Shown here piece after piece: positions 12,243-25,400 of a DNA stretch of 64,000 nucleotides. A program made the translations under genes and the position numbers. Position 1 is the stretch's first letter. Each line of letters begins with the position of its first letter. This DNA is from Magallana gigas (lineage: Eukaryota): contig NC_088854.1 in NCBI RefSeq assembly GCF_963853765.1, positions 11,718,001-11,782,000 on the forward strand. Reading direction: 5' to 3'. The notes under the pieces are model-generated. The model worked only from the letters and a program-made list of their open reading frames with translations. It was not told the origin of the DNA and made no database searches.

Positions 12243-12882
12243 AATTGTCCAGACATTTGTCTGAAAGAAATGAAAATAGTATAACTATGTATTTTAAAGC
12301 TCAAACTTGTTTTTGTATAAACGTTCTTGGTACGAATTCTTTAATATTAACCTTGACCTTTAATTTTATCGAAAAAATCAGCAGCATTTGTATGTTTTTA
12401 TATAGGAACTTTAATGAAGCAACAAAATCATCCCTGTGGTATCGACGCAATAAATATATTTGGTGGATTGACGTGTCAAATGTCAGTTTACTTCAAACAT
12501 ATCTGGCTTTCGGAAGAAGGAAGCCTAGTAAACATTTAAAGTGTATACAGTAGGTATTCTTTCACATGACAGCATCATGCATTATTCATTTAAAAATTGG
12601 ATTGAAAGTAGAAATGAATACTTAATTTGTTTATTAATACATGTATTCATGTATATCCTCAAAATAAAAGAAACCCAGTGTGTACTTAATGATTCATTTG
12701 ATTTTCGGACATTGTTTATAGAAATCTTCATAATGATGGATTACAGTATCTTAATGTTGACTTTGAAGGGGTTTTTTGGTCACTTAACATATGTGTCAAT
12801 GTCCAGATGTTAATCACATGCTATACTCTAGCTAAATAATCTAAATAACAATTTCTGTAGTAAATGACTGATGTTATGTCTA

Positions 12883-14079
12883 TGGAACGCCAAATTAACA
12901 TATATTCAAATATTTGTACCTATCTTCAAATAATTGCACCTATCTTCAATTAATTGTACCTATCTTCAAATCATTTGAAGATAGGTACAATTGAATTAAA
13001 GATAGGTACAATTATTTGAAGATAGGTACAATTGAATTGAAGATAGGTGTAAATAATTATACCTAGGTACAAATGAATTATACCTAGGTACAAATGAATT
13101 ATACCTAGGTACAAATGAATTATACCTATCTTCAATTCAATTAAAGATAGGTTCAATTGAATTATACCTATCTCTAATTCATTTGAAGATAGGTAAAATT
13201 CATTTAAAGATAGGTACAATTGATTTGAAGATAGCTTCAATTCAGACATATCTACAAAGGATTTGAAGATAGGTACAATTCAATTATACCTAGGTTCAAT
13301 TCGTTTTGTGTATTGTTGAAAATAATGAACGCTCCTTTCAGGAAGACATTTCAACATGGAGAGAAACGAGGGAAGCACCAACAACGAACATGAAAGAAGA
13401 AATAAATATATATATATGTGTGGGCAATATATTTGCAAAAGGCATCATTTACTTATTAAAATATACATGTATATCAATAAGTAAGCCAAAAACATGTATA
13501 CCCGAATACCCCAAAAGTGACGGAGTTAGGGTAGTGACGTAGTTAGGGTCACTATATACCTAAATAGAAAACTGGCTTTATTTTTTTCTATAATTTGATC
13601 AAAGAATGTATAATTCAGTTGATAATCACTCTATTTATCAAAGCGGTAACAATTGTTATGAGTTTTTGTTTGTTTTAAGGCTCAATCTTTCGAAAAGTTG
13701 ACAAAATCATATTGCCTATTTTATCATCCCGATCCCGATTTTATTTCGCGCCAGTTGTGACGTAACGGAAATGACGTACTATACAGGGAGTATTCATTAT
13801 TGCCAATATTTTAGTAATTGAAGATAGGTTCAATTCAATTGTACCTATCTTTAATTCAATTGTACCTATCTTCAATTCCTTGCATTTGTACCTATCTTCA
13901 ATTCAATTGTACCTATCTTCAAATGAATTAAAGATAGGTATAATTGAATTGTACCTATCTCTAATTCAATTTGAAGATAGGTACAATTGAATTGAAGATA
14001 GGTACAATTGAATTGAAGATAGGTACAATTATTTGAAGATAGGTACAAATATTTGAATATATGTTAATTTGGCGTTCCA
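12883..14079. mobile_element. Non-autonomous DNA transposon, TA-flanked, ~69-bp TIRs, subterminal 21-bp repeat arrays
   Basis: TA|TGGAACGCCAAATTAACATATATTC ... GAATATATGTTAATTTGGCGTTCCA|TA. Arrays of aattgtacctatcttcaattc at 12910-13300 and 13817-14050 in both orientations. Confidence 0.85.
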
Positions 14080-14170
14080 TATATGTCATACTGCAGCAAC
14101 TAGAAACTACTGTATAAGCATCAAGCATGTGCCTGGTAATGTAAAGATTCTGTTTTGATAACTGTAGAGA

Positions 14171-17100
14171 ATGTCGGACTCTGAGGATGATGCAGCATTT
14201 GCCAGTGCTGATGAAGGAGAACCAGAAACTACAGCTGTCAGCAAATCAACTCCAGCCTCAGAAAGTAAAACAAAAGATTCAAAAAGGGAAAAGAGGGCAA
14301 GTGAGGACAACAATGATAGAACTGATAGTAAAAGTGGCAATACATCTAAATCAAGTGGAAATGAAAAGAAAAAAGAGACAAAGACTTCTGTTGCTTCCAA
14401 ATCTAAGGAAAGTGTGAAATCAGAAGTTCCACCTGTGAAAAAGCAGGAAGAGAAAAGTAAAGGAGGAAAAGGTAAAAAGAAAAAGGGAAAACAGACAAAA
14501 GCAGAGACAGCAAGCCAGGATTCAGGGAGAAAGACAGAAAAGAATTCAGCTGGGGATACAGAAGAAAAAGAAGAGAAATCAAGTCCAACAGAGGCTGCAG
14601 AAAATTTACAGAAGAAGGATGAACCAACAATTGACAGTTCAGAAATTGAGAGAAAATTAAAAATATCTGACTCCGATAAGTCCTCAGTAAGTGAAACAAT
14701 ATCAAGTGATGATAAAGTATTAGCACCTGAAACAAAGGAGGCAAAGGAGAGTCATTCAGAAGAGGCTAATCTAAAAGTAAAATCCACTGTCACAGAAGAA
14801 AAGATAACAACTGAAGTGAAAAAAGAGGAACAATTTACATCTGATAAAGAAAGGAAAGAGATTTCAAAAGGTGACCAAGAAGCCAAAGCTGCTTTGGACA
14901 GGCTCTCTCAACCTTCAACGCAAAAGGTATTTTATAAGTTACTGAAGTATAAATAATTATAATTCACTATAGTTTAATAATTAGGAAACATTATATTACA
15001 CGAAATAGATAAAGTTGATTTGCAAGTTAGCTTTACTTGATAGTTGATATATTTACTTTCCAAGAAGAAAAATTCTCCTTTAATTGATAATTGACAAAGT
15101 TTTACAAGAACATTCTATAAGGATGTTTCTTTCTAACATATTTTTTTTTATATGAAGTCTGACAGCTGGAGCTCCTGGGGGAATTGGGGATCATCCTTTA
15201 TGAATGTAGCCTCAACATCAGTTTCAACATTCAGCAGTCAGTTGGGTAAGACACCTGACACACAACCTTTAGCAAAGTACAATGCATGTTATTTAGAGAT
15301 TTGATAGATGTTGGAAATAAAGGACCAATTGTTTTGATATTTATTTAAAACCAGTATATCTTAAATTTGATTATGATATTGACTTTTAAATTTAATTTTG
15401 CCAAAAGGTGATGGATTCACCACTATTATGGATACAGTAGAAACAGCACTAGGAGCCCCTCCTGTAGATGAATTGGTGAAAGAAAAAGGGCCAGACTCAC
15501 CCCCAGATGCTGAGAACATTGAAAGAGAAGACCAAGATGGTATGAACAATTTTTTTTTATCTCTGTAACAAAGCAAAACTTCGTATAATGATTACATGTA
15601 CTTATTAGTGTTTTAAGAGGTGAAAATAAGGATACAGAATATTAATATATTAAATGTGCAAAAAAATGTTGTTTAGTATTCTACTTAAAAGGTGTTACGC
15701 CTTGAACTGTTTTTTCATTGAATGTACATACGTTATTAGTACATTTATATATAAGTGATTCAAATTTTTGAACAGAAACACCAGTGCCAACAAAAACAAC
15801 AGATACAGGGACAGAGCCCTCTGCAAAACAGGAGAATCCCCAAATAGAGCCTCAACCCCCAAAAGGAGCCAGTGGAGGGGGTGGCTGGTGGTCTGGGTGG
15901 GGCATGTCAAATCTGTCCAACCTCTCCTCAGTGGTACACAACACAACAAATATTGTGCAGAAATCGGTCCAGAATACCAGTAATATGGTCCAAAAATCAG
16001 TAAGTTATTGTATTTTGAATTCTCTATATATGCATGTTATTCACTAAATTATTTAATTGGATGAAGCTTTGATAGATCTTAACATAATGATTGTTATTTT
16101 TCATTGTCGTACACCCATGCATGTTTTGTGAAATGCATCTCCAATAGTAATTAAAATTATGAATTTTTATACACAATGTAACATATCTTTTCCTCTGTTA
16201 TTCATTTGTTAGAGTAAAACTTTGGTAACTGGAGGGCTAGATGTGCTGGAAACAATAGGAAAGAAAACATTTGAGGTGATAAAAGACCACGACCCTGGAC
16301 TTAGCAAGACTAAAGGAATTTTGTTTGAAAAAACAGATAAACCAAGCCTTTCACAGCTCTTACGTGAAGCACAGAAAGAAGAAGAGGCTAAAGAGGAACG
16401 AAAGAAGGAGGAAGATGAGGCTCGACTTTCTAATTTCAAGGCCTTGTTTGAAGAAAATCAGGGTATCCAATTTGTAAACTGTATTCATGATAAAAAAAAA
16501 ATTTTGCGAAACTTTGAGATACTGTGGAATCATCATTGTTCATGGGGGACCAATGTTCGTGGCTTTTGTGGGTAACCCTTGCCCATGAATTTACATCCCT
16601 ACGAACCTATGCACAATCATTTGCTTAATATTTGTTAAAATTATCCCGATTACGCTACCAACGAAATTACGTCCCCACAAACCAGAAAAATTTTGGCTAC
16701 CCACAAACATTGACCCCAAAGGATTTAAATTGATTTATCGGTATTAGTATCCAAAATGTACTAGATTTAGGATCTTTCTCAGATATTGATCTGTAACTTT
16801 TCATCTGTAGGTTATGCACATCTGGAGGCCTTGGAGATGTTGTCTAACATGTGTGAGAAGACTGTGCATTCTCTGCTTGAGGACATGTCTGATCGTAAAT
16901 TGGACTCCATTAAAGCAGAGTTAATTCGCATCAAGCAAGTCTTTGAAAGAATGCAAGAAGAAAATGATAATGGTGAGGATTTTTAAAGATCAGGTTTAAG
17001 TTCACTTCATGGAAAAATTGATGAAACTGAATTTCAGTAAGAATGTTTCCTTTTTGAATTTGTATTCTAAATGTATATTAAAGTTGCTTTAATTGTTAAT

Positions 17101-20100
17101 GCAGTACAACACAAGTACATGTACAGTATATGAACTAAATAGGATTTTGGCCATATTTTGTACAGATGATGATGAAGATAAAGAGCATGAATTTGGAAAA
17201 CTAGTTGCTGAGCATTTGACTGAGATTCACTTAGGGACCACCCCTGATAAACTTAATAAGGTAATTCATGCCCTTATATACCATTCCCCCTAAATAAAGA
17301 AATATCCCACTCACTCCCTCTAAAAAGATAGAAGGGAGGTTACTGTATATTTGATCAAGGACCTCTTATTAACTATGCATTTATCATGAACATTTTTCTA
17401 ATTTACGAAGTTTGATTTAATGTTTTAGACTCAACAGAAAATTCGAGAGGTCATAGCCAAATACTTTACCTCAGAGGATATATCAGTTAAGGTATGTAGA
17501 ATTGTGATTCTGTATATTATTGTCATTTTGAAAAAAATTGCTAGCAATAGTTGATTAATTTTGTCAAATTTTTCTTGTGTATGATATTATTAGGTACTGG
17601 TATATAATTCTGTTGCGCTGTATGATTAACATCTTAATAACTTATCCCAGGAGCTTCATCGAACAGCCATTCAGTCATTGGCAGAGTTCACATCTAAGTC
17701 ACTGGAGCAGTTCCACAAGGCTGGAGAGCTCATCATTCTACAGAGGGACACCAGTAAACACTGTGAAAGCAGGGCTCACAGCTTAGAGAAGTAAGGATGA
17801 CAGAAAATTGGAGCTGCTGATAGTCTTTATTGTTTTATAGCAGTAGAGATACTTTTGTCATTTTGTTTGAAACTATTTCCCAATATGCAAGTACATGTAT
17901 TTTAAATTGACAAAATGCACACATTAAAAATATTGATCTTGAGACCTGCAATGGTACAATTTTTTGTACATGTACATTCATGCATATAAAAAAATCCACA
18001 GTTTGCGAGTTTTGGAAAAGGTTCTTGGTTTACTTGGAATAATCTTCATAACTTCGATTTTTTGTGTTTTGTATTTTTTGTTTACATTTTCTTGTGGATA
18101 TTTTCAGATTAGCAAAAGTATTGAGCACAGAAGTTAACATTATTGCCACCAAGTTTTGCCAATGCTTAAATAAATTGGATGTAAGTATTTTATTATTGAA
18201 AACATATCACTTAGACACATACAGTATCCAAGATAGCTGTAACAAAATCACACAGTACAATGGGTACATAGTAGGTACACAGACCATTGTACCTCCATGG
18301 CATATGAATTCAAATGAAAAGTGTACTTACATAAATTTCATTTTAAAAAGCTAATTTCATGTTAAGTAGATGAACAATGTTTTGGTTTTGTAATATCATG
18401 TGAAATTCAATAATGTGCAGTATAAAAGAAGGGAGTTGGGTGGTAAATAATTGGTACAGACAATGATCTTGAGACTTATTTAAATTGTCTTTACTTATTC
18501 CCCCTGACATCTTTGAACAGTATAAGAAATGTACAGTAACCAAGAAGGATATTGTATAAAAATTCTATTTCAAAGCAATGCGGAATTTTTTACGTTTGAG
18601 TGTTCATCAACAAGCTTTCCTATCTGTTGTTTCTCTTGTAGGAGAATGAACATCCAGATATTACATCAGTGGTTACAAATATCTACTTGGAGGTATTTAT
18701 TACACAATTAAAAACTTATCTGGTAGAATTGCATGCATTTTCTTTCTGAAATTAAAAATTTTTGAAAAATTTTATTTAGGAAAACATGGATATACAATAA
18801 ATGTTTACCTTGAATTTACTGGAGTTCATATTGATTGTAGTTTTTTTTCAGGTCACTTGAGTCACTCAGTTGACCTATTGCTCACAGGCACCTGACGTCA
18901 TATATTTTTCTCATAATAAAAATAATACACCGCTTACCTAATAATACACAAGGTACCCATCCCCGCCATCTTGGATTTTTTTAAAACTGTCACATCGCCG
19001 TGAATTTTCGCTTATAACTCAGCGGTAACATTTTTCTGCGATCATCTCCGCCGTCCGATCGGTCACTCGATTTATTAGCTTACTGCTGATTCAACCAAAA
19101 CGGCCCATAACATCGTTTATTAATAAAAATATCTCCTCATTCTGCATCTACTGCTGCTGATTTGCGACAAAAGGCTAAAGGGTGGACGGAAGTTGACATC
19201 TTTGCGTCATCTTTTGGGATATCCCTTTTCTGATTGGTGCATTTTTTGCAGTATTTTATTAGGGAAAAAATGCACCAATCAGAAAAGGGATATCCCAAAA
19301 GATGACGCAAAGATGTCAACTTCCGTCCACCCTTTAGCCTTTTGTCGCAAATCAGCAGCAGTAGATGCAGAATGAGGAGATATTTTTATTAATAAACGAT
19401 GTTATGGGCCGTTTTGGTTGAATCAGCAGTAAGCTAATAAATCGAGTGACCGATCGGACGGCGGAGATGATCGCAGAAAAATGTTACCGCTGAGTTATAA
19501 GCGAAAATTCACGGCGATGTGACAGTTTTAAAAAAATCCAAGATGGCGGGGATGGGTACCTTGTGTATTATTAGGTAAGCGGTGTATTATTTTTATTATG
19601 AGAAAAATATATGACGTCAGGTGCCTGTGCTATTGCTATCTTTTTTGTCCCTCGTTGGTTGTAAACTTTTGGTCATTTTTAACTTCTTCTCTAAAACCAC
19701 TGAACCAATTTTAAGCAAATTTGGCATATACAAGTAGCATCTGTGGGTGAAGGGGAGTAAAAATTGGGAAATTCATGGCCCCTGCACCCCCATCCCATGG
19801 GCCTGAGGGGTGGAGTTAAAATCATAAAAATTCATGCAATCTTTTAAAAATCTTCTTTACTCCTGGACACCAACCAGTCAAACTGTTGGCATGATTGTAA
19901 TAAACATTGTGGTCTCTACCAAAATTGTGAAATTCATCATGGCCCCTAGGTAAAGGATTCTTGTGTTAAGGTGAGGCTTTAATGATTACCGGTATATAGT
20001 AAAAATGCCTTAATTCTTTGAAAATCTTCTCCTCTGCTCCTGGATATTAAGCTAATAAACTAAGCACATGTGTATAGTTATGATGAGGAAGAATGCCTCT

Positions 20101-20788
20101 TCCAAAATTGTTAAGTTCATGGCCCTTGGGTCAGGGAATTTGGTGTTAGGGTGGGGCTCTAAATGATTATATAGAGAAAATGCATGAATTCTTCAAAAAT
20201 CTTCTCCTCCGCTCCTGGATATTAAGCCCAAGTACTAAGTACACACATGCAGTTTTGATGAGGTAGAGAACCTCATCCAAAATTATTAATTTTTGGGTCA
20301 CAGGCTCGGGTGTTGGGGCAGGGCTCTAATTTTTATTAGAGTAAAGTGATGTAATTTCGACTGATTTATTTTATTGTACTTAAGATTTTTTAAATTTAGT
20401 GACTGTATGTTATGCTATAATTTTTGAATATTTTTTTTAGAATTAAGGAAGTTTATTTGATTAATCAATCATGGAATATTAAAAATGATTTCATTAGCCC
20501 TGTAATTATAATGCACATGAATATACATTGCAAAAGGCACACTGCAGTTGACTCAGGTGACCGATAAAGCCCATGGACCTCTTGCTATCGTTTAATGTTT
20601 GCTTTTATTCAAATTTCAAGATTTTATTTACCAACACCTGCAAAAGATACATTCAACCCATGCTATGGATTTTAGACAATATTGTTTTCCTTTTATAGTC
20701 CTCCAACAGTATCATGTACATCCAAGACGCGCTTCAGCTCCTGTTGCCATGCCTACAACAAGCTTCCATTCAGCGTTCCTTGACGTGA
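14171..20788 (+). CDS. FAM114A: FAM114A family protein (Noxp20/FAM114A2-like), ~707 aa
   Basis: Exons 14171-14926, 15158-15245, 15408-15539, 15776-15999, 16213-16462, 16811-16972, 17166-17260, 17429-17491, 17651-17790, 18108-18180, 18642-18692 and 20699-20788. All GT-AG and phase-consistent, total 2124 nt. Motifs SWGNWG, GGLDVLETIGKKT, HLEALEMLS and YIQDALQLLLP. Confidence 0.92.
18883..19629. mobile_element. 747-bp foldback element (2 x 365-bp arms, 17-bp spacer), 8-bp TSD, P-superfamily-like termini
   Basis: Arms 18883-19247 and 19265-19629 are reverse complements in every stretch I compared. Termini CACAGG...CCTGTG. TSD CTATTGCT at 18875-18882 and 19630-19637. Confidence 0.93.
19760..20290 (+). 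repeat. ~175-183-bp tandem satellite-like units inside the HINE (Cg170-like)
   Basis: Recurrent ccaaaattg (19919, 20102, 20278), ttcatggccc and aaaatcttct. Resemblance to the oyster Cg170 satellite is recalled, not aligned. Confidence 0.6.
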
Positions 20789-22417
20789 TTGATAAACTGA
20801 CATTTGGAGAGAGATGCAGAAATATGTCATATCTATAAATTTTGTTACAAGATTTTGGTCATTAAATTACATCCTAAACACAAACGGGTTTCAGTTCTAA
20901 ATACAAATTTACTGAATACTGGTGTAACTTTAAAATACTGAATGTGTATTTATTAAGTCATATATAACAGTGATAGATGTGAAATTGTTTATGTTACATT
21001 TAATAAAATGATTGGTAGTTTAACTTTTCGACATAAGTTCTTTTGTCCATTGGTGAGATGCACCCAAACAAACTTCTGGATAAGATGTCAAGACATCATT
21101 TGTTGTGTTTTGACAAATTATTTAAGATCCAACCAAAATGTGAACTGACAATTTTGTGTAGGCATTTATGCTACTTATACTAATGTATTAGAGAAGTTGA
21201 TGTTATGAAATGTAGTTGTCAAGCTGATTAATATCTGTAAGAATGAAATGAAAATAAAAACGAAACATAAAAGCCTCCATAAAAAACAAATTTTATTACA
21301 AAAAGAGTATATTATTATTAAAAATTGTGCTAAAATATAAACTTTCTCATCTACATTATCCCTGTATATTTCTACTACCTACACAATAGATATGCAAACA
21401 AATCCATATTTTAATACATGAAAAACGTATATATTATTGCTAGGATTTAAAAGAACAGGTAAACTGTTACTGCAGAAATGTATTTCAACAGAAAAATTTG
21501 AGGGGTTTTCAGAACATATTACCCGAATTTCCCTGCAGAGCTACAATTCTACAACAATATACATTTGAAGATAGAACAGGGAAAAATTAAGCACACTACA
21601 TATAATATATTGCATAAAGCCTTGAGGTGACAAGTGGATAAGAGACAAATCCTTTATTTAACACCAAGCATCCACAGTGGATAAAGATTTCAACCCAGCA
21701 ACCTTTTGGTTACATTATATCCACATAACCAGAGTTCAAGAGCCCCATATAGAAATAGATGGTGGTTGTTTCATATTTTTGCTTTCTGGATAAAATTTTA
21801 CAAATTTGTAAGTTGTAAATTATGCGATTTTGGGACATAAATCCTACTCAGGATGAAAAAGTTTTTAAGGCTGCTCATTTTTCAGTGATTTACTTGGTAA
21901 TGCGTCAGACATTAATGCCCTTAGAATGTATGAAGATTTTCTGTAATTTAAAGTTTTATACAAAAAATACCGTCGGAATGCCTAAAGAGTATCTTTTTTT
22001 TAAAGAATTTTTTTTTTAAATTGATACATCAAGGATAGATATTTTCAAATAATATTAATTAGTTTATATGATATGGATATAATACTTCAATCCATTTATT
22101 CCTTGACATGGTACATTGTTATTTGATAAGATTTCAGAAACTTTAATAAACCTAAATAGTACAGTACAAAATTTTTTCATTATAAAAAAAAATTCATTAA
22201 TAACCATGATAGATCAATTATCATTACACTTTGAACTTAAAAATTGTACATACCAGTCATAAATGGAATGTAATTTAATACAAATAAAATCTTCAATATC
22301 AAAGTGTTACTATAAAAATATATAATTTGTATAAAAAAAATTCTGAGCAATTGTTAGTTGTATGAACACCAATATACATCTATTTACACGTAGTTATGAA
22401 ACTAAAGGCTTCTGAGT

Positions 22418-25400
22418 TTATAACTTGGTGTTGTCGAGCGTAGAGTTGGATTGGAATCCTTCATTAGCAGTGCCCTTCTCCTGGTAGGGTGGGGGGTTGG
22501 AGGTGCGGTATTTGTCGGCAGAGGTCCCTTCCTTTTTATCCTGAGGGCGAAGTTGATGGTCCTTCAGTCCTTGTGGGGTTATCAAATAGGTGATTGTCTT
22601 TAAAAAAGAAAATGTTCAATGTTTAGAAACTTGACGAAATTTTATCAGGTGTCAATAAATATAACCTTTCTTTTTTAATAAATCTAACACATACTTAAGG
22701 TAGCGGTATCTTGTTTGCCTTTGTTATAAATCCATATAACTTTCTAAAGATAATTTTTTTTAAAAATGTACCAACATATTACTATTACCATAGAATAGAT
22801 ATTAATACACATGTAACTAGAAATTGTAAAAGTCTTTACTTCTCTTGATATGCCCCTCTCGTAGAATCGATACAAAATCATCAGAGGAATCCAGATGGCA
22901 GCAAAGGCAGCCATGCCCCAGCCAATCCCCACTGCCCAGGTGGGGAACTTGTAGAGCGGCTTTGTGGGTCTCTTGTAGTCTAGTTCAGAGTAGTTGACCA
23001 CACTCATGATAAAGACACACTGGAAACACAAAGTAATTAGTATTTATATATAGGGGGATAGGGGGAAAGGAAACGAAAAAATTGACTACATGGTAATTAA
23101 CGAGGTGTTCAAAGTTACCAATTGCGATTTGCATCAACCAGTTTAAAGAAACAGCGACTGATATTCTTTTAATCATACATTTAGGCCATGGAGAGTTTGT
23201 AGTTGAAGCTATACCTTTAAGAAGTATATCTCGGTGTCATGAAAAAATTCAAAAGATCGCCAACCAGTAAGTTAACTTTATGAACACCTTTTTCAGCTAA
23301 ATCAAGTACCCCATTCGGTTTTTCCCCCAAACTTACTTTACATATAATTATGGGTGGTTTCGGTTTGAAGTCATTTAAGTTTCTCCGAAATGATAACATA
23401 CCATACAGAAAATAGGCGAGAGAACGGTCCAGGATACCATCATGTAGGGGTTGATTCGGAACCCAAGCATCATCTCAAGGTTGTCATAGAAACGCCTCAC
23501 TCCTAAACAGGAAGATGAAAGTAGATATGTAGAAATCGAGAAAAGATTTCCATTAAATTCAAAGACTATAACTACCGGGGTATATAATCTGGTCCAAATG
23601 GTTTTAAGAAGGTTTAAGGAAGTTTAATTCGTTATAGATATTATTATCTTGTGAAAACGAACTCGTGAGTTTCTCATTTCAACTAACATAGATTCCATTT
23701 ACAATATAAGGTATTTTTTTTTTTTGTTATAACGAGATATTTCTACACGTTACAACGAGTTCATTAAACACAAGAAAACTATACAACTTTTTAAAGCAAC
23801 ACTATAGTGGCATATCTATGGTGGCATATCTCTGTCCTTTGTGTGCAAGATATTTTTTCTATCAAATATGTCGACATGAAAGATAAATATGTTAAATGCA
23901 AGATATATATGTCAACATGCAACATAAGTATAAAGACATGCAAGAAAATTGCTATGAAATGAGAATTATAAAAAATAACACCCACACGTGACAACCAAAT
24001 TGCTAGATTCTTGTTGACATGCAAGATGAATATGTTGACATGTTACTTATATATGTCAACATGCAACTTAGTTATGTTGACATGCAAGATAACTATGTTG
24101 ACATGCAACTTAGTTATGTTCACATGCGAGATAAATATGTTGACATGCAACTTATAAGTTGCATGTCAACATAACTGAGTTGCATGTCGACATAAATACC
24201 TTGCATGTCAACATATTTATCTTGCATGTAAACATAACTAAGTTGCATGTCGACATAATTAAGTTGCATGTCGACATAAAGAAAATGCATGTTAGCGTAA
24301 ATAAGTTGCATGTCGACATAAATGAGTTGCATGTCAACATATTTATCTCGCATGTAAACATAAATAAGTTGCATGTCGACATAAATAAGTAGCACCTAGC
24401 ATCTTGTTTGTCACATGTGGATGATATTTGGGATTTTTGCGATTTGTCAAAATTCTTTTTTGATTGCAATTTTCTTGCATGTCAATATAATTATGTTGCA
24501 TGTCAACATATTTATCTTGCATTTAACATATTTTTCTTTCATGTCGACATATTTGATAGAAAAATATCTTGCACACAAAGGACAGAGATATGCCGCCATA
24601 CAACATAGCACATAATGCGACAAAATAAAGCATAGAATTGAAATCACAGACGAATCTATCAGCATACATGTAGCATTGAAAATTCATAGCATTGAAACCA
24701 TAAAATCGCCTTTGTAACAAAATTAAAAAACATTCCATATCAATTTTAAGAACAGAATTTAGATTTAACGAGGCCGGGTCTAATTTTTTCTGCCCTAGAT
24801 TTTTGAATGAAATTTTGAACGAGAATTTCTACTGATATAATTATTATTTCAAGTTGAAAAAATAAGACATTTACCACACCGTTTGTTTAAGGGGTCATCT
24901 CAAAGTTTGTTAATTTTAACATAGGATCCTATGGGATTTTGCTTGAAATTTACCAAATTTGCACATTTTTTAAACTTCTGCCATAGGGATTTCTTTTTCT
25001 GTTCTACATATTAAAGTTATTGCTAAAAGGCACCAAATTGTCAAATAAAAAAAACCTTTTACCTCCTGGTTTGTTCCAGGGGTCTTATCAAAGTTATTTT
25101 TTGTACGCCCAATTTTCCAGTTTGTCAGATAATGGCAATTTTTTATTTGACAAAGACGGAAATGGTGACCTTTATTGTATTATTAAAACATTAAGACATA
25201 TTTCGGTAATAAATAAATATATAACATCACATATTAAGGGTAAATGTATAAAATACATGGTTAATGTCTTGAAATAAATAAATTTAGCGATATTTAGGCG
25301 GGTTAAGAAAACGTGACAGAGGGTTAGGCTTGCTGAACCCTCTTCACGTTTTCGACCCGAGCCCAAATATAGCTTATACTTCGAGACATTTATGTTTATT

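Larger units (their letters stand above)
18846..20586 (+). mobile_element. Helentron-associated non-autonomous element (HINE-like) in last FAM114A intron, interrupted by foldback insertion
   Basis: T-run then 5' subTIR aggtcacttgag with adjacent inverted copy ctcagttgacct. 3' subTIR ctcaggtgacc (20552-20562), then a hairpin remnant (gcccatggac) and cttg. Central tandem repeats. Confidence 0.75.

Noticed and set aside
12971-13249. 92-aa repetitive ORF
   Set aside because: Translation of the 21-bp repeat array.
19137-19375. Mirror ORFs MTSLRHLLGYPFSDWCIF on both strands
   Set aside because: A consequence of the palindrome; no coding features.
24120-24738. Several ORFs with 7-aa periodicity (VDMQLIY)
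   Set aside because: Translations of the 21-bp transposon array.
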